A DNA stretch of 54,646 nucleotides, from IMG/VR virus record IMGVR_UViG_3300028111_000008, positions 1 through 54,646 of that record. The stretch is one strand, 5' to 3'. The DNA is from a virus (Duplodnaviria > Caudoviricetes). The notes under the pieces were generated by a model. The model searched no databases. It was given only the letters and a program-made list of their open reading frames with translations, and had not been told where the DNA came from. This document shows positions 27,090 to 37,375 of the stretch, in pieces (the first letter of the stretch is position 1; every line of letters starts with the position of its first letter). The translations under genes and the position numbers were made by a program.

Positions 27090-28922
27090 ATGGCAAAAAA
27101 GTTTGTAGGGTTTAAACCTGAGACATTACAGAAGAAGGTTTTACCAGCGCTGGGTTACAATGGCCCTATGGACAATAAATCTATTAATCTCTTTCTAGCA
27201 GCTAACCCCAGTGCAGCGGCTAGGATGGGTAAGTTCACCTTAGCGGCTAGGCGTACCATAGAGGGTGCTCCTGTTAAGATGATGGCTGAGGGTGGGGTAA
27301 ATATCAATAGTGGTGCAAGCGTCATGACTAAGGCTATTACCTCTGACCCTCGTAAGCTAACTATTAAAGCTGAAACAGAAGCAGATCAAGGTGTGGGTAC
27401 AGGTATTATTCCTGGCACAGGTCAAGCAGGTGGTATAACTGCAGCAGGTACTACATCAGCAATACCCTCTCCAGACGCTGTAGCTGCACCTATTGTACAA
27501 CCAGCTACTATAGACTCTGTTACAGCTACACCTGCTGTAGATACAGCCCTCTCAGGAGTTACTCCAGCTACAGGTGTAGTAAGTGATGAAGCTACTATGA
27601 CAGCGGCTCAGGGTGATCCTACAAAGTTAGCTCAGTTAGATCTACAAGCGGCTCAGGGTGAGGCGGCTAAAGTAGAAGATGCTCCTACACGTGTAGTTGA
27701 AGCAGGAGAGATGGTTGACGGTTCTGCTGTAGATCAAACAAAAGTACAAGACATTTATGGAACACAGAAGCTAGAAGCGGCTAGTGTTAAGGATGAGTTG
27801 TCTTCTCTTATGGCAGACTTTGAAGGTGGAGCTACACCAGCGTGGGCTGCAGGTGCTATGAGAGGTGCTACAGCTACTATGGCTGCACGTGGGTTAGGTG
27901 CATCATCACTAGCTGGTATGGCTATAGTACAGGCGGCTATGGAATCTGCACTACCTATTGCACAGATGGATGCATCTAATAAGCAAGAGGTTGCTATGGA
28001 GTCTGCACGTCAACGTGCTGGTTTCCTTAATATGGAATTTACTCAAGAGTTTCAAGCTAAGGTTCAGAATGCATCTAGGATATCTGAAATAGCTAACATG
28101 AACTTCACTGCACAACAGCAGGTAGCTCTTGAGAATGCTAAGATGGCTCAGACTATGAACTTAGAAAACCTGAGTAATCGTCAGGCTAAGGTTATGGCTG
28201 ATGCTGCAACTATGTCTCAGATGGACTTAACTAATCTAAATAATAGACAGCAATCACTGGTACAAAATGCTCAGGCTTTCTTACAGATGGATATGGCTAA
28301 CCTTACCAATGAGCAACAGACAAGTATGTTTGTAGCACAACAGCGTGTTAATACTATCTTATCTGATACAGCACAAGAGAATGCAGCTAAACAGTTTAAT
28401 GCTACATCAGAGAATCAGACTAACCAATTCTTTGCTACACTTGCTACACAGGTATCACAGTTTAACTCTGAGCAAACTAATGCTATGTCTCGTTTTAACG
28501 CTGGTGAAGCTAATGCTCTGTCTAGGTTTAACTCAGATCAAGACAATGCACGTGATCAGTTTAATGCTACTAATCATTTGATTGTAGCTCAGGCTAATGC
28601 TCAGTGGGCGCAGTCTATAACAACAGCTGAGAATGCGGCAGACAACCAAGCTAACCGTGATGCGGCTCTAGCGTCTAACAACTTAACCATGACTGCCTAT
28701 AATAACATGGTTCAACGTGAACGAGATATTCTTGCTTGGGCTTGGCAGTCAGGTGAGAATGCAGCTCAAAGGGATGCTAGTATTGCTATGTCTAAGATTG
28801 CTGCTGAAGCTAAGGCTTCTGCTGGTGGTGACACTGACTCTAGTGGCTTGTCAGCCGCATCAGGGAAGTTCCTTGGAGAGATTGCTGTTAACGCAGCCGC
28901 CCTACTATTCGGAAAGTTATAA
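27090..28922 (+). CDS. Internal virion / DNA-ejection (pilot-like) protein
   Basis: AARGLGASSLAG motif; long Gln/Asn/Ala-rich helical repeats (QFNA). Confidence 0.7.
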   Translation: MAKKFVGFKPETLQKKVLPALGYNGPMDNKSINLFLAANPSAAARMGKFTLAARRTIEGAPVKMMAEGGVNINSGASVMTKAITSDPRKLTIKAETEADQGVGTGIIPGTGQAGGITAAGTTSAIPSPDAVAAPIVQPATIDSVTATPAVDTALSGVTPATGVVSDEATMTAAQGDPTKLAQLDLQAAQGEAAKVEDAPTRVVEAGEMVDGSAVDQTKVQDIYGTQKLEAASVKDELSSLMADFEGGATPAWAAGAMRGATATMAARGLGASSLAGMAIVQAAMESALPIAQMDASNKQEVAMESARQRAGFLNMEFTQEFQAKVQNASRISEIANMNFTAQQQVALENAKMAQTMNLENLSNRQAKVMADAATMSQMDLTNLNNRQQSLVQNAQAFLQMDMANLTNEQQTSMFVAQQRVNTILSDTAQENAAKQFNATSENQTNQFFATLATQVSQFNSEQTNAMSRFNAGEANALSRFNSDQDNARDQFNATNHLIVAQANAQWAQSITTAENAADNQANRDAALASNNLTMTAYNNMVQRERDILAWAWQSGENAAQRDASIAMSKIAAEAKASAGGDTDSSGLSAASGKFLGEIAVNAAALLFGKL

Positions 28923-28938
28923 GAAGGTAATATCAACT

Positions 28939-30228
28939 ATGCCAGAACCAGGTTATAATCCAAACGCTGTATCCAGTTACTACAATCCTAGTAGGTCTAC
29001 ACGTCCTAAGCTACGTCCTGCAGGTTTAGGTTCACGTTCTAGTGGTTCATCTAGGGCTGATAGAAAAGGTGAGTCTGCAGTTTTCTCTGCACCTAAGCCA
29101 GTGTATACACCTCCATCAAGTTCTAGGGATAATAATAAATCTAAAGCTGAAGTACCAGCAAGCCCAGCGGATAATCTATATAGTATTACTGCTGAGTCTT
29201 TAATGAGTGCTGGTGGTGGTAGTAGTCTTTCATCACCTAGTTCAAAAAGAGTGTTACCTATGACTTTGTATGAACAAAAGAATATGCAGGAGATGAAGAC
29301 TGAACTAGAAGATTATCTACGTGGTGTTGCTGTTGAAGATGCTATTACAGCTGACATGGCTGTACCAGAAGTTTATACAGGTGAAGTGAATGATGTTGAG
29401 GTTAAGTCTGGAGACACACTGACAGCTATAGCTAAAGATCAGGGTGTATCTTTACAGGAGTTGATAGAAGCTAATCCGCAGATAGACGACCCTGATCTGA
29501 TTTTTCCTGGGCAGAAAATAAACATACCAAGTACAGAAGAAACACCTGTTGTGGATATAGCTACAGCTATTGAACAAGATCAGATTAGACAACAAGATAC
29601 ATCTACATTAAAAGGTAGCCAAGTAGGTCTTATGTCTAGACCTGCTACTGTTGAAGATACTAAGATGTCTGAGACTATATTACAAAAAACGCCTACAGAT
29701 GATAGTTTAGAACAAGCTTTAGCTATAGCAGCTAATATAAAGAATGCAAAACCTGAGGATATATACAATAAAGTTATTATGCCTCTGGCTTACCATGAAT
29801 CTGATGGTACAATGGACCCTAAACTAGCTCAGTATGGTGGAGGTCCTGGTAGAGGTGTTATGCAGCATGAACCTGATCGTTTCAACTCATCAGTTGTAAG
29901 AGCTATTAGACAGTTTAACCAGTTAGGTAAAGATATACCTGAGTGGCTTGATAATATAGATTTATCTGGAGACATACAAAAGGAGATAACTTCTTTGACA
30001 GCAAATCAACAGATGTCTTTAGCTGTGTACGATCTTTTGCAAAAAAGGGGTGTTGACATAGGAGAAGTCTTATCAGGTAAAGAATCTATAGAGGAAGTAT
30101 GGGCTGATCATTGGTGGCAAGGACCTGATAAGCAGAGGAAAAAAAGAATAGCGGCCTTCCGTAGAAGTCAGAGACAACTAAACAAGAATGCACCATCTAA
30201 TAATACAACAACGTTTGAGTTCCCATAA
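28939..30228 (+). CDS. LysM plus lysozyme-like peptidoglycan hydrolase
   Basis: LysM VKSGDTLTAIA...NPQIDDPDLIFPGQKINIP; YHES...GRGVMQ; ATG 28939 after AAGG. Confidence 0.8.
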   Translation: MPEPGYNPNAVSSYYNPSRSTRPKLRPAGLGSRSSGSSRADRKGESAVFSAPKPVYTPPSSSRDNNKSKAEVPASPADNLYSITAESLMSAGGGSSLSSPSSKRVLPMTLYEQKNMQEMKTELEDYLRGVAVEDAITADMAVPEVYTGEVNDVEVKSGDTLTAIAKDQGVSLQELIEANPQIDDPDLIFPGQKINIPSTEETPVVDIATAIEQDQIRQQDTSTLKGSQVGLMSRPATVEDTKMSETILQKTPTDDSLEQALAIAANIKNAKPEDIYNKVIMPLAYHESDGTMDPKLAQYGGGPGRGVMQHEPDRFNSSVVRAIRQFNQLGKDIPEWLDNIDLSGDIQKEITSLTANQQMSLAVYDLLQKRGVDIGEVLSGKESIEEVWADHWWQGPDKQRKKRIAAFRRSQRQLNKNAPSNNTTTFEFP

Positions 30229-30650
30229 TGTTTGGACTTCCCTTAGAATTAATCACAATGCTTTTCTCCACTGTCTTAGGTGGAGTTATGTCCATATGGG
30301 GTCAAAGCAATAAAGCTAAAGCAGAACAACAGAAAGCCCTAGTAGGTGCAGTCAGCGATGCGAGAGAGCATGGCAAGACAGATAAACACTTTGCTTGGAC
30401 ACGTAGGATCATAGCTTTATCTGCAGTCTTCTCTATTATTGTGTTGCCAAAGTTAGTAGCAGTGTGGTATCCTGACGTAAGCGTAATCGTTGGTTATACA
30501 GAAGTACAGGGTGGCTTCATTAATTGGCTCTTAGGCGCACCAGATGCAATACATTGGAAAGCAGCTCGTGGCTTTGTTATAACCCCACTAGACACACACA
30601 TAGTTTCAGCAATAGTCGGCCTCTACTTTGGCGCTGGCTTCACTAAATAG
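30228..30650 (+). CDS. Three-transmembrane holin-like protein
   Basis: Three hydrophobic segments, WTRRIIAL, IVGLYFG; coupled to the hydrolase gene. Confidence 0.65.
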   Translation: MFGLPLELITMLFSTVLGGVMSIWGQSNKAKAEQQKALVGAVSDAREHGKTDKHFAWTRRIIALSAVFSIIVLPKLVAVWYPDVSVIVGYTEVQGGFINWLLGAPDAIHWKAARGFVITPLDTHIVSAIVGLYFGAGFTK

Positions 30651-30659
30651 GATATACAC

Positions 30660-31217
30660 ATGCCAATAGCAGGACCATTTGATAGACCCATTCCTGGTGA
30701 GTCACTCACAGGTGAACCACGTAATAACCCTTGGGAACAACCAGCCCAGATGTCAAACATTAATGAGGTGGCTGCATACTACATTGAGAGACTAGACAAT
30801 GAAGAGATACTACAAGACTTTGGTTCTATGATGGAAGCTGGTGTATCTTTAGCTCCTATTGTTGAGACTGTATACCTTCAAGGTGTTATGAGAGGCTTAC
30901 ACTCACTAGATGCAGGAGTTGTTGTAGCGCCTGTTATACACGCATATTTAAAAGCTTCTCTTGAAGATCTAGGTGTTATGGTTAAAGATACAAACGATAA
31001 CCCACAGAAGAAAGCAGAAGCTGCAGAGATGCAACGCTTCCTCATGATTGCTAATAGTATGTTAGATAAAGAGGGTACAGATGAATCTGATGAAGGTCAA
31101 CAGATGATTGAGTCTATGGTTGAAACGCAGGAGGGAGAACCTGTGGAAGAAGAGATGCCACAAGAAGAAGAAGTAACACAAGAACAAAAGCCTATGGGCT
31201 TGATGGCAAAGGGTTAA
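30660..31217 (+). CDS. Conserved putative virion protein
   Basis: PIPGESLT...PWEQP; C-terminal GLMAKG. Confidence 0.7.
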   Translation: MPIAGPFDRPIPGESLTGEPRNNPWEQPAQMSNINEVAAYYIERLDNEEILQDFGSMMEAGVSLAPIVETVYLQGVMRGLHSLDAGVVVAPVIHAYLKASLEDLGVMVKDTNDNPQKKAEAAEMQRFLMIANSMLDKEGTDESDEGQQMIESMVETQEGEPVEEEMPQEEEVTQEQKPMGLMAKG

Positions 31218-31223
31218 TATACA

Positions 31224-32627
31224 ATGGCATTTAATAAAAACGAATTTATGGCTCAATTCCTTAACCAAGTTACAGATCGTATGGGTGAGATGACTGATGA
31301 GGCTAAAGCCTTTAAGGAAAGACAGATACAGGCTAGTGATCGTAACAAGGCACTTATAAGTACACGTACTGCTAGAGCAAATGCAGCTGTAAGTTTAGGT
31401 AGAGAGGCTCTTCAGTATATACCAGAAGGAGCTAGGTCTAAAGCTATAATACGTACTGCTATGGCTTCTGGTATGACAGGTGTAAGTCAACTTAGAGATA
31501 AACTTGCAAAGGCTCATGCTGATGCAGGTTTAGCTCCAGGTCAAACACTATCTATAAATGACGTTGAAGCTGTTGTTAATATGCCTAACATACCTGATAT
31601 TGATACAAAGTATATTGATATGCCACTAGAGCAGTTTGCTAAAGAGACTTACGGAGCTACAGCAGAAGCTACTAAGTTTAAAGATGATACCAATATAGTT
31701 GGTAGATTGTTTGGCTTTGGTGCTATGGATAGAGCCAGAGAAGAACTAGGTAAAATAGATGCTATGGACGGTATGTCTGTTGCAGATATAAACGCCGCTT
31801 CTCGTTTAGCTGAGTTTAATGCTCTTATACCCAACGCTGTAATGTCTTTCTCTGAGATGAAACGTTTTAGTAAGCTAGAAGGTTTTAACTTTGCTAAAGA
31901 TATAGCAGAAACTTATGATGACGCACTAAAATCTAGAGAAGCAGAGGATGAGGCAGAAAAAGCTTACAAGCTTCTTGTACAAAAGGCTGTAGATGCTGGG
32001 CGTAAAGAGAGTGACGTAGGTCCTGCAGAGATTCTTGAGGCAAAAAGAATTGCTAAACAATTTTATGCTAGGGGAAAGGTAAAAGAAGAAATCGACATGT
32101 ATGCAGGTATGTATGGTGCAGCTGGTGGTTTCTTTGATCAGCAGGTTGCCACAGATCAGATTGCAAAACTTATGGGTAAGGATTATCTATCTCAGCTTAT
32201 GAAGGAGTATGAGTATACCCCTAAGGCTGACACTGAAGAAAAAGATAAAACTGAAACAACAAAACCTGAGGTAGTATCAACTACTGAAGAATCTAAGATG
32301 GCAGAATTGCCATACGCAGAACCTACTGTATCACAGTCTGTTGCAGAACCTCTACCACCAGAGAAGCATAGACCAGGTGGTGATAGAAAAGCTGGATTTG
32401 GAGATGCAGATATTAGACAATGGGATAGGCAGTATGGAGGTAGGTACACATTTGACGGTCAACCTATCCTAGTTGAACCTAGACCTACAGACCCTAAGGC
32501 TAAAATATATATCTATAAAGGTGTTAAGAAAAGAAAGTCTCAAGTCAATGCTATGGATAATTGGGATGATCAGTACGGCGACACACATAACCCAGACGGT
32601 ACACCTAAACAGTTTAAGGGCGACTAA
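31224..32627 (+). CDS. Putative internal virion protein
   Basis: 467-aa helical ORF in the ejection-protein position. Confidence 0.6.
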   Translation: MAFNKNEFMAQFLNQVTDRMGEMTDEAKAFKERQIQASDRNKALISTRTARANAAVSLGREALQYIPEGARSKAIIRTAMASGMTGVSQLRDKLAKAHADAGLAPGQTLSINDVEAVVNMPNIPDIDTKYIDMPLEQFAKETYGATAEATKFKDDTNIVGRLFGFGAMDRAREELGKIDAMDGMSVADINAASRLAEFNALIPNAVMSFSEMKRFSKLEGFNFAKDIAETYDDALKSREAEDEAEKAYKLLVQKAVDAGRKESDVGPAEILEAKRIAKQFYARGKVKEEIDMYAGMYGAAGGFFDQQVATDQIAKLMGKDYLSQLMKEYEYTPKADTEEKDKTETTKPEVVSTTEESKMAELPYAEPTVSQSVAEPLPPEKHRPGGDRKAGFGDADIRQWDRQYGGRYTFDGQPILVEPRPTDPKAKIYIYKGVKKRKSQVNAMDNWDDQYGDTHNPDGTPKQFKGD

Positions 32628-32629
32628 GT

Positions 32630-35600
32630 ATGAATTACTTTGAACAAAAAGAATATATGAAAAATCTTTATAGTGGTGCAGATTCTTCTTCTGAAAAAAA
32701 GTATGAAACTTTATCGTTTGATCCAGAAGAAACATTATCTGTAGACGACATACGAAAAGACTATAAGTATAATCAACCTATTCGTGACTATATGATTGAA
32801 CGTATGGGTGTAGATTATCAAACTAAATCAGACGAAGATGTAGTAGATGATTTTGTAAAGCACATGCGTTACTTTAACTCTAACACTGTAATGACTGCAG
32901 GTGAAGTTAGATTTGTTACTAAAGCAAACGACAGACAAAAAGAAACAGCACGTAAAGCTTATCAGATATATGATCAGCTAGGTAATGTCTTTGTTAATGA
33001 TGGATTGATGGGTGCTGTAAAGGGTGTAGGAGACTACGTATTTGCTGCGGCATCTGATCCTACTAACTACTTAGGTATACTTACTGGTGGTATAGGTAGA
33101 GCTGCAGCTGGTGGTGTTCAAGTAAGTGGTAAGCAAGTTATAAAAGCTGCAGTACGTAAGGCTGGTAGAGATGCTCTAAGATCTGGTGCTACAAAAAAAG
33201 CAGCTAGAGAAGCAGGGCGTAAAGCTGGTAAAGAAGCGGCTGAACGTGCGGCAGCTAGGGGTATGACAGATAAAAGAACTAAGGGTATATATGATAAAGT
33301 ATCTAAGCTTGTTGAAACAGAAGCTAAGAAAACTATACCTAGAGATGCCATGAAAGAAGCACAGAAAAATTTATTTAGAACAGCGGCTACTAAATCCTTG
33401 TATGCTACTACAGCGCTGGACGCTACGGCTGCTGTGTATCAAGATATTGCAAATCAAGAGGCTCGCCTAGAAGTAGGAGCGCAGGATTCTTTTAGTAAAA
33501 CACAGAGTGCTTTCTCTGCTCTCCTTGGTGGTGTTGCAGGTGGCGCTCAACTTATTACACGTAAGCTAGGTGCTGGTAAATCAGGCTTTGAAGACACACG
33601 CACAGAGACAGAAAAGTTAGCGCAGAATACCATAGATTTATATGCTCCTATTCTAAAGAAAACAGACACACCTGAGGCGGCTAAAGCTATACGTAAAGCT
33701 ACAGATAAGTGGAATGCTAAAGTAGCTAGAGGTAAGAAGGGTAGAGGTGAAGTAATAGACGACTCTCAACTCATAAGAGAAATAATGTTTGGAGATGTAG
33801 AGGGTGAAATAGGTGGCCTTGTTGGTGTATTCAGATCCAAGGGATACAAGGTTGGTAAAGAAGTTCACATATCTGATGTTATGACTAACGTAGCTAACTC
33901 ACTTACACAGAAAGAACTTGAAGATATTAATATTGCTTTTGCTAAGCATACAGGTTTTAAATTTGGTGATCTCACAGGTGCACGTGTTAAGCTAGGAGAT
34001 CTTATGGCTGACCGTTTTAGTGAGGCTGGTAAGACTTTGCAAGTAGCATCACAGGTTAGTAAGACTTTAAACTCTGGACTATTAGCAGCTGAGACTAAGA
34101 TAAAACTACAGTCTAACACTATTAAAAAAGCTGAGGAATCTGAAAAGACATTAGCTGATGGTACAAAAGTTCCTAAGCCACCTGAGCCATTACGTTATGG
34201 TCAGTCTGTATGGAAACGATTACTTGTTTCATCCCCGGCTACCACAGCATTAAACGTTGCTGGTTTTAGCCAGTATTATGTAGGTCAAACTATTGCTGAT
34301 CTGTTTAGTTCAACAGCTCTAATGACTAAGGGTGTAGCTCAAAGTACATATAATACTAAAGCTGCACAAGAATCTTTTAGACAGGCACGTGCACTTAGCT
34401 CACTACAGGTACAAAAGCTACGTAACTTAATGGACCCGTACACTACACGTGATGCATACATGAAATTTCTTGAAGATCCTGAGAACTTAGATGCACAGAA
34501 GGTACTGTTTGAAACTATGGCAGGTGGTGTAGATGCATCAGCTAAACGTTATGGCATGGACCCTAACAACCCAACCTTTCGTAATGTAGAGGCTTTCACT
34601 AGAGCTATGAATCAGATAACAGGTGTGCGTATACAGGATACGTTTACTAAGTCTCAAATGTTTATGACTGATATGGATAAGTACCTAAGGTTAAAGAGAG
34701 GTGTTACTCTTAAAGAAGCCTTACTATCTGATGATATAATTATTGATGATGAGGTTATATCAGGTGCACTAGATACTACTCTTAAGTCTGTGTTTGCTAA
34801 AGACTATACTACAAAAGAACAACCAGAAATTATTAGAACAGCAGCTAAGTTTGTAGAGACTGTATCCAATACACCTTTCTTGGGTACTATACTACCCTTT
34901 GGTCGTTTCTTTAACAACGTTGTTGCTACAGCTTATCAATGGGGTCCTTTCTCTGCACCTGAGACACTATTAAAACCTATGTATAAACGCATAGTTAAAA
35001 AAGAAGGTATGGGTGTTTCAGAAATGGATGCAGCAGCTCGTACAACCGTGGGTATAGCTGGTTTAATATTAGCCTCTCAGTATGATAAAGAACGTAGGGA
35101 TGAAGGTTTAGGTGTATACGAAATTAATGTAGGTGGCGGTAAAATTATAGACGCTAAAAACACATATCCATTTTCTGCATTCCTTGCTGCTGGACGTATC
35201 TTCAATATGAAACTGAATGGTGAGACTGTACCACCAGAACTTATACAAGAGATGGGTACTCAAGTTGCTGTAGGACAGTTAGCAAAAGACGCTCAGTTTG
35301 GTAATGATCTAAACAACCTACTAGATGTATTGATAAACCAAGATGAAGGTGCACGTGGTGCACAGTTTAATGCCTTCCAAAAAACCTTTGGTAATCTCTT
35401 AGCAGGTACTACTAGACCTTTAGATGCTGTCAATAAGATTGTAGGTTTTGCTATGGGTACAGACGCAGCTAAAGACGTAAGACAAGCTGACGGTTTAGGT
35501 TTGTTTACGCAGACTTCTACAAAATACTTTGATAATATCCTTGAAGCATTCATAGGCAAGACAGATACTATTACTGGTGAAGATTTGAAAGTAGCAACAA

Positions 35601-36121
35601 GAGAGGGTGAGATATATGATGCTAACCCTTTTGCTAGAATCTTTGGTCTGACTATAAAGCAGGGTCGTACAGCTACTGAGAAAGCATACTCTATGTCTGA
35701 GATGCAAGCTTGGACTGCTAATGAGAGATCTAAACTACCTGCATATGATAGAGCATTCAACGGTATGTTAGCCCCTATCTTAGAGAGACAGACGCAGAGA
35801 CTTTTAAGGACAGAGCAGTTTATGAAAGCTGACCTACCCGAAAGACGTGGTATGTTAAAGGCTGTACTACGTAGTGCTAAGAAGCAGATACGTGAGAGGT
35901 TAGATGATGGTTATACTACAGGTGATAATGTTAAGCTAAGAGCTGCATATAAAGCAAAGTCAAAGTTCTCTAAAGAGATAACTACAGAAGCTAAGAAAGT
36001 ACTGAAAGAAAAGTTTGGTGTGAGCGGTGATATAGAAGACTATTCTTTCGCTGAGCTAGATTTATTTATAAGTTATAGTGAACATCTCAAAGATGCCTAT
36101 GACGAAGCTGGTCAGTTATAA
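32630..36121 (+). CDS. Large internal virion protein
   Basis: 1163 aa, last late gene; SDPTNYLG and PFGRF motifs, Ala-rich. Confidence 0.7.
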   Translation: MNYFEQKEYMKNLYSGADSSSEKKYETLSFDPEETLSVDDIRKDYKYNQPIRDYMIERMGVDYQTKSDEDVVDDFVKHMRYFNSNTVMTAGEVRFVTKANDRQKETARKAYQIYDQLGNVFVNDGLMGAVKGVGDYVFAAASDPTNYLGILTGGIGRAAAGGVQVSGKQVIKAAVRKAGRDALRSGATKKAAREAGRKAGKEAAERAAARGMTDKRTKGIYDKVSKLVETEAKKTIPRDAMKEAQKNLFRTAATKSLYATTALDATAAVYQDIANQEARLEVGAQDSFSKTQSAFSALLGGVAGGAQLITRKLGAGKSGFEDTRTETEKLAQNTIDLYAPILKKTDTPEAAKAIRKATDKWNAKVARGKKGRGEVIDDSQLIREIMFGDVEGEIGGLVGVFRSKGYKVGKEVHISDVMTNVANSLTQKELEDINIAFAKHTGFKFGDLTGARVKLGDLMADRFSEAGKTLQVASQVSKTLNSGLLAAETKIKLQSNTIKKAEESEKTLADGTKVPKPPEPLRYGQSVWKRLLVSSPATTALNVAGFSQYYVGQTIADLFSSTALMTKGVAQSTYNTKAAQESFRQARALSSLQVQKLRNLMDPYTTRDAYMKFLEDPENLDAQKVLFETMAGGVDASAKRYGMDPNNPTFRNVEAFTRAMNQITGVRIQDTFTKSQMFMTDMDKYLRLKRGVTLKEALLSDDIIIDDEVISGALDTTLKSVFAKDYTTKEQPEIIRTAAKFVETVSNTPFLGTILPFGRFFNNVVATAYQWGPFSAPETLLKPMYKRIVKKEGMGVSEMDAAARTTVGIAGLILASQYDKERRDEGLGVYEINVGGGKIIDAKNTYPFSAFLAAGRIFNMKLNGETVPPELIQEMGTQVAVGQLAKDAQFGNDLNNLLDVLINQDEGARGAQFNAFQKTFGNLLAGTTRPLDAVNKIVGFAMGTDAAKDVRQADGLGLFTQTSTKYFDNILEAFIGKTDTITGEDLKVATREGEIYDANPFARIFGLTIKQGRTATEKAYSMSEMQAWTANERSKLPAYDRAFNGMLAPILERQTQRLLRTEQFMKADLPERRGMLKAVLRSAKKQIRERLDDGYTTGDNVKLRAAYKAKSKFSKEITTEAKKVLKEKFGVSGDIEDYSFAELDLFISYSEHLKDAYDEAGQL

Positions 36122-36132
36122 ACAAAGAGAGA

Positions 36133-36157
36133 GGGGGCAATTAAGCCCCCTTATTTT
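36133..36157. terminator. Probably bidirectional terminator between the convergent arms
   Basis: GGGGGC-AATTAA-GCCCCC with TTATTTT downstream and purine-rich sequence upstream. Confidence 0.8.
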
Positions 36158-36357
36158 ATTCCATGTATGTCAGCTGATAATCTAGCCCACATCTTTGCTT
36201 CCATAAGTTTCTCCCTGGCCCTCTCCTTTTCCCTACAATCATGTAAGTTGTTTAAGATGTAGCTGTCTAGATTACGCACTTCTTTGTTAAGCCCAGTATT
36301 AAACTTGTTACTCTTAGTCTTAACAAAGTTATTTGCCTCTAGCTCTATCTTCTTCAT
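36151..36357 (-). CDS. Acb2/Tad1-hairpin-like small protein
   Basis: CREKERAREKLMEAKMWARLS resembles the REKSLAxTKLEEAxMWAN motif. Confidence 0.5.
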   Translation of the reverse strand: MKKIELEANNFVKTKSNKFNTGLNKEVRNLDSYILNNLHDCREKERAREKLMEAKMWARLSADIHGIK

Positions 36358-36803
36358 TCTTTATTTTCTACTTTCTTTAGGTAGTTTAATGCTTGTTGTA
36401 CACCCTCACTATTGTCACCCAGCATACCCATACCACGGTTACAACTACCACACAAATGACCTCTGTATGTACCTGTCCTATGGCAGTGATCCAAGTGTAG
36501 CTTTTCTCCTTTGAGATCTTTAGAGTCTACACCGCAGCAATCACAGCTACCATAAGCTTTATGCCCATGAAATTTTTGAAGACTTTGCTGTATTACCCTA
36601 CCTTTATTTGCACAAGATTTACATTTGTTATGAAAGTGTGTATTAGAAGTACCATCCTTTGAGTGGTAAACACTAACTGGATAAAAGTACTCATCTGTTT
36701 CTGGTAAAACCTCTTCACAAACTGAACACTTTTTATCTCTAACATCAGTAGAGAGTGCTTCTCTTTCCATATCCTCAAACAAGTTAAACTTTAGTTGCAT
36801 CAT
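36354..36803 (-). CDS. Endonuclease VII-like HNH nuclease
   Basis: LHLDHCHRTGTYRGHLCGSCNRGMGMLGDN; N-terminal CxxC pairs. Confidence 0.9.
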   Translation of the reverse strand: MMQLKFNLFEDMEREALSTDVRDKKCSVCEEVLPETDEYFYPVSVYHSKDGTSNTHFHNKCKSCANKGRVIQQSLQKFHGHKAYGSCDCCGVDSKDLKGEKLHLDHCHRTGTYRGHLCGSCNRGMGMLGDNSEGVQQALNYLKKVENKE

Positions 36804-37000
36804 GTATCCTCTGGTATAGCGTTACACATAGGTAATATAAAAACTTTTTCAGTAAGTTCTTCTGGTAGGTATGTATATACACTTGTCATTGCACGTGCTG
36901 CACCATCAATACAGCTATCATATGTATCATACAGGATAGGTGAAGCTTTTATTGTTGGCTCTTCACCCACCATGAATGCTATAAGTACAAGAACATACAC
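36800..37000 (-). CDS. Hypothetical protein
   Basis: 66 aa, hydrophobic N-terminus, two Cys. Confidence 0.65.
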   Translation of the reverse strand: MYVLVLIAFMVGEEPTIKASPILYDTYDSCIDGAARAMTSVYTYLPEELTEKVFILPMCNAIPEDT

Positions 37001-37152
37001 TATTCTTGCTCTTCAGAATCAAATTTATCTTTGACGTAATCTACTCCTTGTGTTACCTTAGGTTCTACATAGTCATACGTAGAACTACCTACATCACTAG
37101 CTACTTCAATAGCTGCAATGCCTACAAAAAACATTACTAAAACTTCAACCAT
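37000..37152 (-). CDS. Small membrane protein (not in ORF track)
   Basis: 50 aa MVEVLVMFFVGIAAIEV...; fills the gap exactly, overlapping both neighbours. Confidence 0.65.
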   Translation of the reverse strand: MVEVLVMFFVGIAAIEVASDVGSSTYDYVEPKVTQGVDYVKDKFDSEEQE

Positions 37153-37372
37153 CTAATTGTTCCTTTAGTTCACTATAGCCACCGACATGGTGACCTTCAT
37201 TGTCCCATATTTGGGGTACAGTATTCATACCTGCCTGTTGCATTAATGTCAACAACCACCGACTACTAACTGTATCAACAGAGTAAGGCATAAACGCTAT
37301 GCCTTTCTCCTCTAGTAAGTGCTTTGCCTTATTACAGAACCCACACTTCGTTGTTCCTAGTACTACATACAT
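37145..37372 (-). CDS. Glutaredoxin / NrdH-like redoxin
   Basis: CGFC, TVPQI, VGGY; adjacent to RNR. Confidence 0.9.
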   Translation of the reverse strand: MYVVLGTTKCGFCNKAKHLLEEKGIAFMPYSVDTVSSRWLLTLMQQAGMNTVPQIWDNEGHHVGGYSELKEQLDG

Positions 37373-37375
37373 AGC

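Noticed and set aside
28717-28938. Listed upstream extension of the LysM ORF
   Set aside because: Overlaps the preceding gene by about 200 bp; ATG 28939 has a better RBS.
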